From Tubulanus polymorphus (lineage: Eukaryota > Animalia > Nemertea), in the NCBI RefSeq assembly GCF_964204645.1, contig NC_134028.1, positions 18,731,653-18,795,652 of the forward strand: DNA of 64,000 bases, given 5' to 3'. Each line of letters opens with the position of its first letter. The stretch's first letter is position 1. Made by a program: the position numbers and the translations under genes. Below, in pieces: positions 63,759-64,000 of the stretch. The notes below the pieces were generated by a model, which was given only the letters and a program-made list of their open reading frames with translations, was not told the DNA's origin and searched no databases.

Positions 63759-64000
63759 TTATTTTTTTAATTTAACTAGATAAAATCCATTCATTAAATT
63801 TATCATCTTATCCTTTATATTTCACCAAAGAATACTTTTTTCCTTTAAGAGTTTTTGTTTTCAATACTTTTTCTATTTTGTATTCTATTTCATCTGGATT
63901 TGGTACAAGTGATAATTCTTGTTCATAGAAATAACCTAATATTTCTTCATCTTTTAGATCTTCTAATTTATAAACAAATGGTTTAGTTAATATTATCTTT
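63759..64000 (-). pseudogene. Retroviral-like integrase C-terminus with chromodomain (Maverick c-integrase), runs off window end
   Basis: YKLEDLKDEEILGYFYEQEL followed by YKIEKVLK...YSLVKYKG*DDKFNEWI. Confidence 0.88.

Larger units (their letters stand above)
43321..64000. mobile_element. Maverick/Polinton-type endogenous virus (Endo-VII-PolB, beta-adintovirus-like group), right end beyond window
   Basis: Starts with AGTAGT, the typical Polinton TIR start. Encodes pPolB, penton, major capsid, A32-type ATPase and chromodomain integrase. Intronless, tightly packed, very AT-rich ORFs. The right TIR and TSD cannot be seen. Confidence 0.92.

Noticed and set aside
43321-64000. Contaminating free virus or bacterial/phage contig
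   Set aside because: It is contiguous with an intron-containing host gene, carries host HINE and Helitron insertions, is pseudogenised, and has a second relict copy in the same window.

Overview
Animal (probably marine invertebrate) nuclear DNA. 2.8-17.4 kb holds the last nine coding exons of dynactin subunit 4 (DCTN4, + strand). Its introns are packed with mobile DNA: a Copia fragment, a miniature DIRS element with ITRs and ICR, hAT-like elements with 6-bp TSDs, and Helentron/HINE-type elements. 18-43 kb is a nested transposon graveyard: a relict Maverick/Polinton fragment split by about 10 kb of insertions (31-bp palindromic satellite, HINEs), and a BEL/Pao retrotransposon interrupted by a CR1/L2-like LINE. 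From 43321 to beyond the window end lies a decayed, very AT-rich Maverick/Polinton-type endogenous virus. It encodes an Endo-VII-containing protein-primed PolB, a penton, a run of membrane proteins, an intact major capsid ORF, an A32-type packaging ATPase and a chromodomain integrase. It carries a near-intact 6.3-kb Helitron and a HINE as insertions. Two features of this virus stand out. Nearly every ORF starts at a poxvirus-late-promoter-like T-run...TAAATG motif. Its left terminus is a ~390-nt hairpin whose mismatches and loop motifs all favour folding of the minus strand. Together these suggest a satellite-like virus tuned to a helper giant-virus/poxvirus transcription system; this is an inference and is untested.
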